DNA of 55,831 nt from a bacterium (lineage in GTDB: Bacteria > Bacteroidota > Bacteroidia > Bacteroidales > Bacteroidaceae), in NCBI GenBank assembly GCA_004559785.1, contig SFXD01000001.1, positions 1-55,831 on the forward strand, read 5' to 3'. Of the stretch, positions 54,281-55,831 are shown piece by piece. A program made the position numbers and the translations under genes. Each line of letters begins with the position of its first letter. The stretch's first letter is position 1. Below the pieces are notes generated by a model. That model saw nothing but the letters and a program-made list of their open reading frames with translations. It ran no database searches and was not told the origin of the DNA.

Positions 54281-55732
54281 CTACAAGTCTTGCCTGTAAT
54301 AGGCAAGAGTCCTGTCCTGCCCGAATGCCGTGAAGAAGTAACTGATAATCTCGCCAATGTGCTCTTCCCATTTCTCGCGTACAAAGTCGTTTGGCACAGA
54401 AACAAGGACTTTCTTGTCTCTCACTGCCCACAAGTCGCAGCATTCCATGTAGGTCTTGTAGAATTCCTCGCCGAGCCTCTCGCGCGACTTCTGCATCCAG
54501 AATGCCCACTTCTCCTTGAACATAGGCTGCACGTACGGTCGCTCCACCACAGGCTCCTCCTTCACCTCCATCGCTTCATCGAACGACAACTCCGGTGAAG
54601 CCTGATGCTCCTTCAGCCATCTGTACAGCACCTCTGTGGCATAGGCATGGACGTTGTCTGGCTGCTTCTCTTCTATCAGCCTGTCTAACCTTGCCAACTC
54701 GTCCGTCAGGTCAAGTCCCTCATATATCAGTGCGGATAGTCTCTCCCACTCCATTGGTTGCAGGCCGTACTTAGTGATTAGGGACGAATGCAAACGGCCC
54801 ATATAGCTGTCATGCTGCTGCGCCATCCCCATCTTGCCCTCGATGATATGGAAGCAGATGCTGTCTGGGTCGCCACGCGTCACGCCACGCGGATAGACAG
54901 GCTCGTAGTCGAAGCAGAACTCCACCTTCCCTTCGTCCGACAGCTTACGCATCTCTCGCAGGACAGGGTCGAGTACATCCCTGTGGAAGGCTCCGTATTT
55001 TATGTATTTGTTCTCCACCACCCTCTTTCTGTCCCTGCTAAACTTCAGCACGCCGAAGAATTCCTTTAGGTCGATGTAGTTGACGGTACACTTTCCTATC
55101 TTGCGCCATGCACTCAGATAGATGTACAGGCGGGGGGTACGGGGACTGCGGCACAACGAGGTAATGCCTCTCAGGTGCCTCGTATAGCCCTTCCTGAGAT
55201 TGAGTATTTCCCTCGCGCTCTCGTCTACCATCTGTATCTTTATTACTCCCTTCCGCCTGACACCGCTCTTGTATGCTATCTTCTCACCCTCTGCATTCAC
55301 CTCTGCCGTGGGAAACTCTATCTTGTGGAAGATGTTCTGCATGACGTAGTAATCTACGCCATCCACCTCGTCGTACCTCTTGTACGACATGTCGACGTGC
55401 ATCAGAGCCTCACAGGCAGCCTCCAGCTCGCCATACTTCTTAGGGCTGATACCCAACTCCTTCAGCGGTATCTCGAAGTTGAGCAAGTTACCGCTCAAGT
55501 CCTCTGGCTTGAAGAGCATGGTCTGCTCACCTATGTTCAGTTGCTCCTTGATACGGTCTTGCAGCTGAGCTATGATGGCTATCATGAGGTTTGTCTGCAC
55601 CAAGGAGAAATTGCCTCGTATCTGGGTATAGCTGATTGGGTTCATTATGAAGTCCAAATCGTTACCCTGAGAAAGGTATTGAACCAACTCGTTGGTCTTG
55701 CTTATGATGGACGGACCCTTTTTCTTTGCCAT
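54281..55732 (-). CDS. Plasmid-type replication initiator (Rep_3/RepB-like N-terminal part) with a DnaA N-terminal-domain-like C-terminus
   Basis: 483 aa. The N-terminal ..ISKTNELVQ..NFSLVQTNLMIAIIAQL.. resembles Rep_3 initiators. The C-terminal ..KEKWAFWMQKSRERLGEEFYKTYMECCDLWAVRDKKVLVSVPNDFVREKWEEHIGEIISYFF.. parallels DnaA domain I (W..l...l....f..Wi..l......l.l.vPn.F..dw....y). Confidence 0.5.
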   Translation of the reverse strand: MAKKKGPSIISKTNELVQYLSQGNDLDFIMNPISYTQIRGNFSLVQTNLMIAIIAQLQDRIKEQLNIGEQTMLFKPEDLSGNLLNFEIPLKELGISPKKYGELEAACEALMHVDMSYKRYDEVDGVDYYVMQNIFHKIEFPTAEVNAEGEKIAYKSGVRRKGVIKIQMVDESAREILNLRKGYTRHLRGITSLCRSPRTPRLYIYLSAWRKIGKCTVNYIDLKEFFGVLKFSRDRKRVVENKYIKYGAFHRDVLDPVLREMRKLSDEGKVEFCFDYEPVYPRGVTRGDPDSICFHIIEGKMGMAQQHDSYMGRLHSSLITKYGLQPMEWERLSALIYEGLDLTDELARLDRLIEEKQPDNVHAYATEVLYRWLKEHQASPELSFDEAMEVKEEPVVERPYVQPMFKEKWAFWMQKSRERLGEEFYKTYMECCDLWAVRDKKVLVSVPNDFVREKWEEHIGEIISYFFTAFGQDRTLAYYRQDL

Positions 55733-55760
55733 AAATTGCTAAATTAATGCTTTCTGGCGG

Positions 55761-55768
55761 CAAATTTA
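55761..55768 (-). promoter_or_regulatory. -7 box TAAATTTG for the rep-like gene
   Basis: caaattta on the plus strand, ~29 nt upstream of the ATG at 55732. Confidence 0.4.
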
Positions 55769-55831
55769 AGCGATTTCACCGAACCATCCAAACTTTTCAT
55801 CAAAAATTTGGCCTAATTTTATTTTCTTTTT

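Overview
This 55.8-kb window looks like a Bacteroidota replicon, probably Prevotellaceae or another Bacteroidales family. The evidence is Mfa-type fimbrial genes, T9SS C-terminal sorting domains, a 286-aa primary sigma factor, and TAnnTTTG -7 boxes in front of most operons. I support 35 CDS, including one edge-truncated gene missing from the ORF track, plus one decayed AraC-type fragment.

Gene order, left to right:
- 1-9179 (-): fimbrial operon DUF3575, DUF3868, Mfa1-like major subunit, Mfa2-like anchor, two accessory subunits, and a GLUG-motif protein. It follows a ~900-nt non-coding leader that contains a G10 tract.
- 10093-18531 (-): M60-like metallopeptidase (T9SS cargo), DUF6057 membrane protein, PD40 lipoprotein with a CXXCH motif, and nagB.
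- 18656-20057 (+): small housekeeping genes, including a PduO-type adenosyltransferase and a DUF2795 protein.
- 20222-27839: an RR/HK pair divergent from a TolC / HlyD-adaptor / ABC ATPase / FtsX-permease efflux operon. Two tandem palindromic operator-like sites lie between them.
- 28188-31751: YbaK-like deacylase, rubrerythrin, GDPD and fucO.
- 32010-33293: an orphan WYL regulator, an AraC remnant and tandem repeats.
- 33350-37506 (-): GH33 sialidase and GH36 alpha-galactosidase.
- 37625-51298 (-): the most unusual block. It holds two large CotH-family proteins that both end in dockerin repeats, and one of them also carries a cohesin-like module. Between them sit a FAS1 lipoprotein and a 1648-aa T9SS cargo with four discoidin-like modules.
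- 51585-55732: rpoD, lemA plus an M48 peptidase, and a Rep_3-like initiator with a DnaA-N-like tail.

Non-genic signals:
- A G/C-rich REP/MITE-like palindromic element occurs in 5 copies plus one degenerate copy.
- The AT-only 10-mer TATATAATGT is strongly over-represented.
- The central part of the major fimbrilin gene is a low-GC mosaic.

No rRNA, tRNA, CRISPR array, transposase or recombinase was seen. All family assignments come from motif recognition by eye and need HMM or BLAST confirmation.
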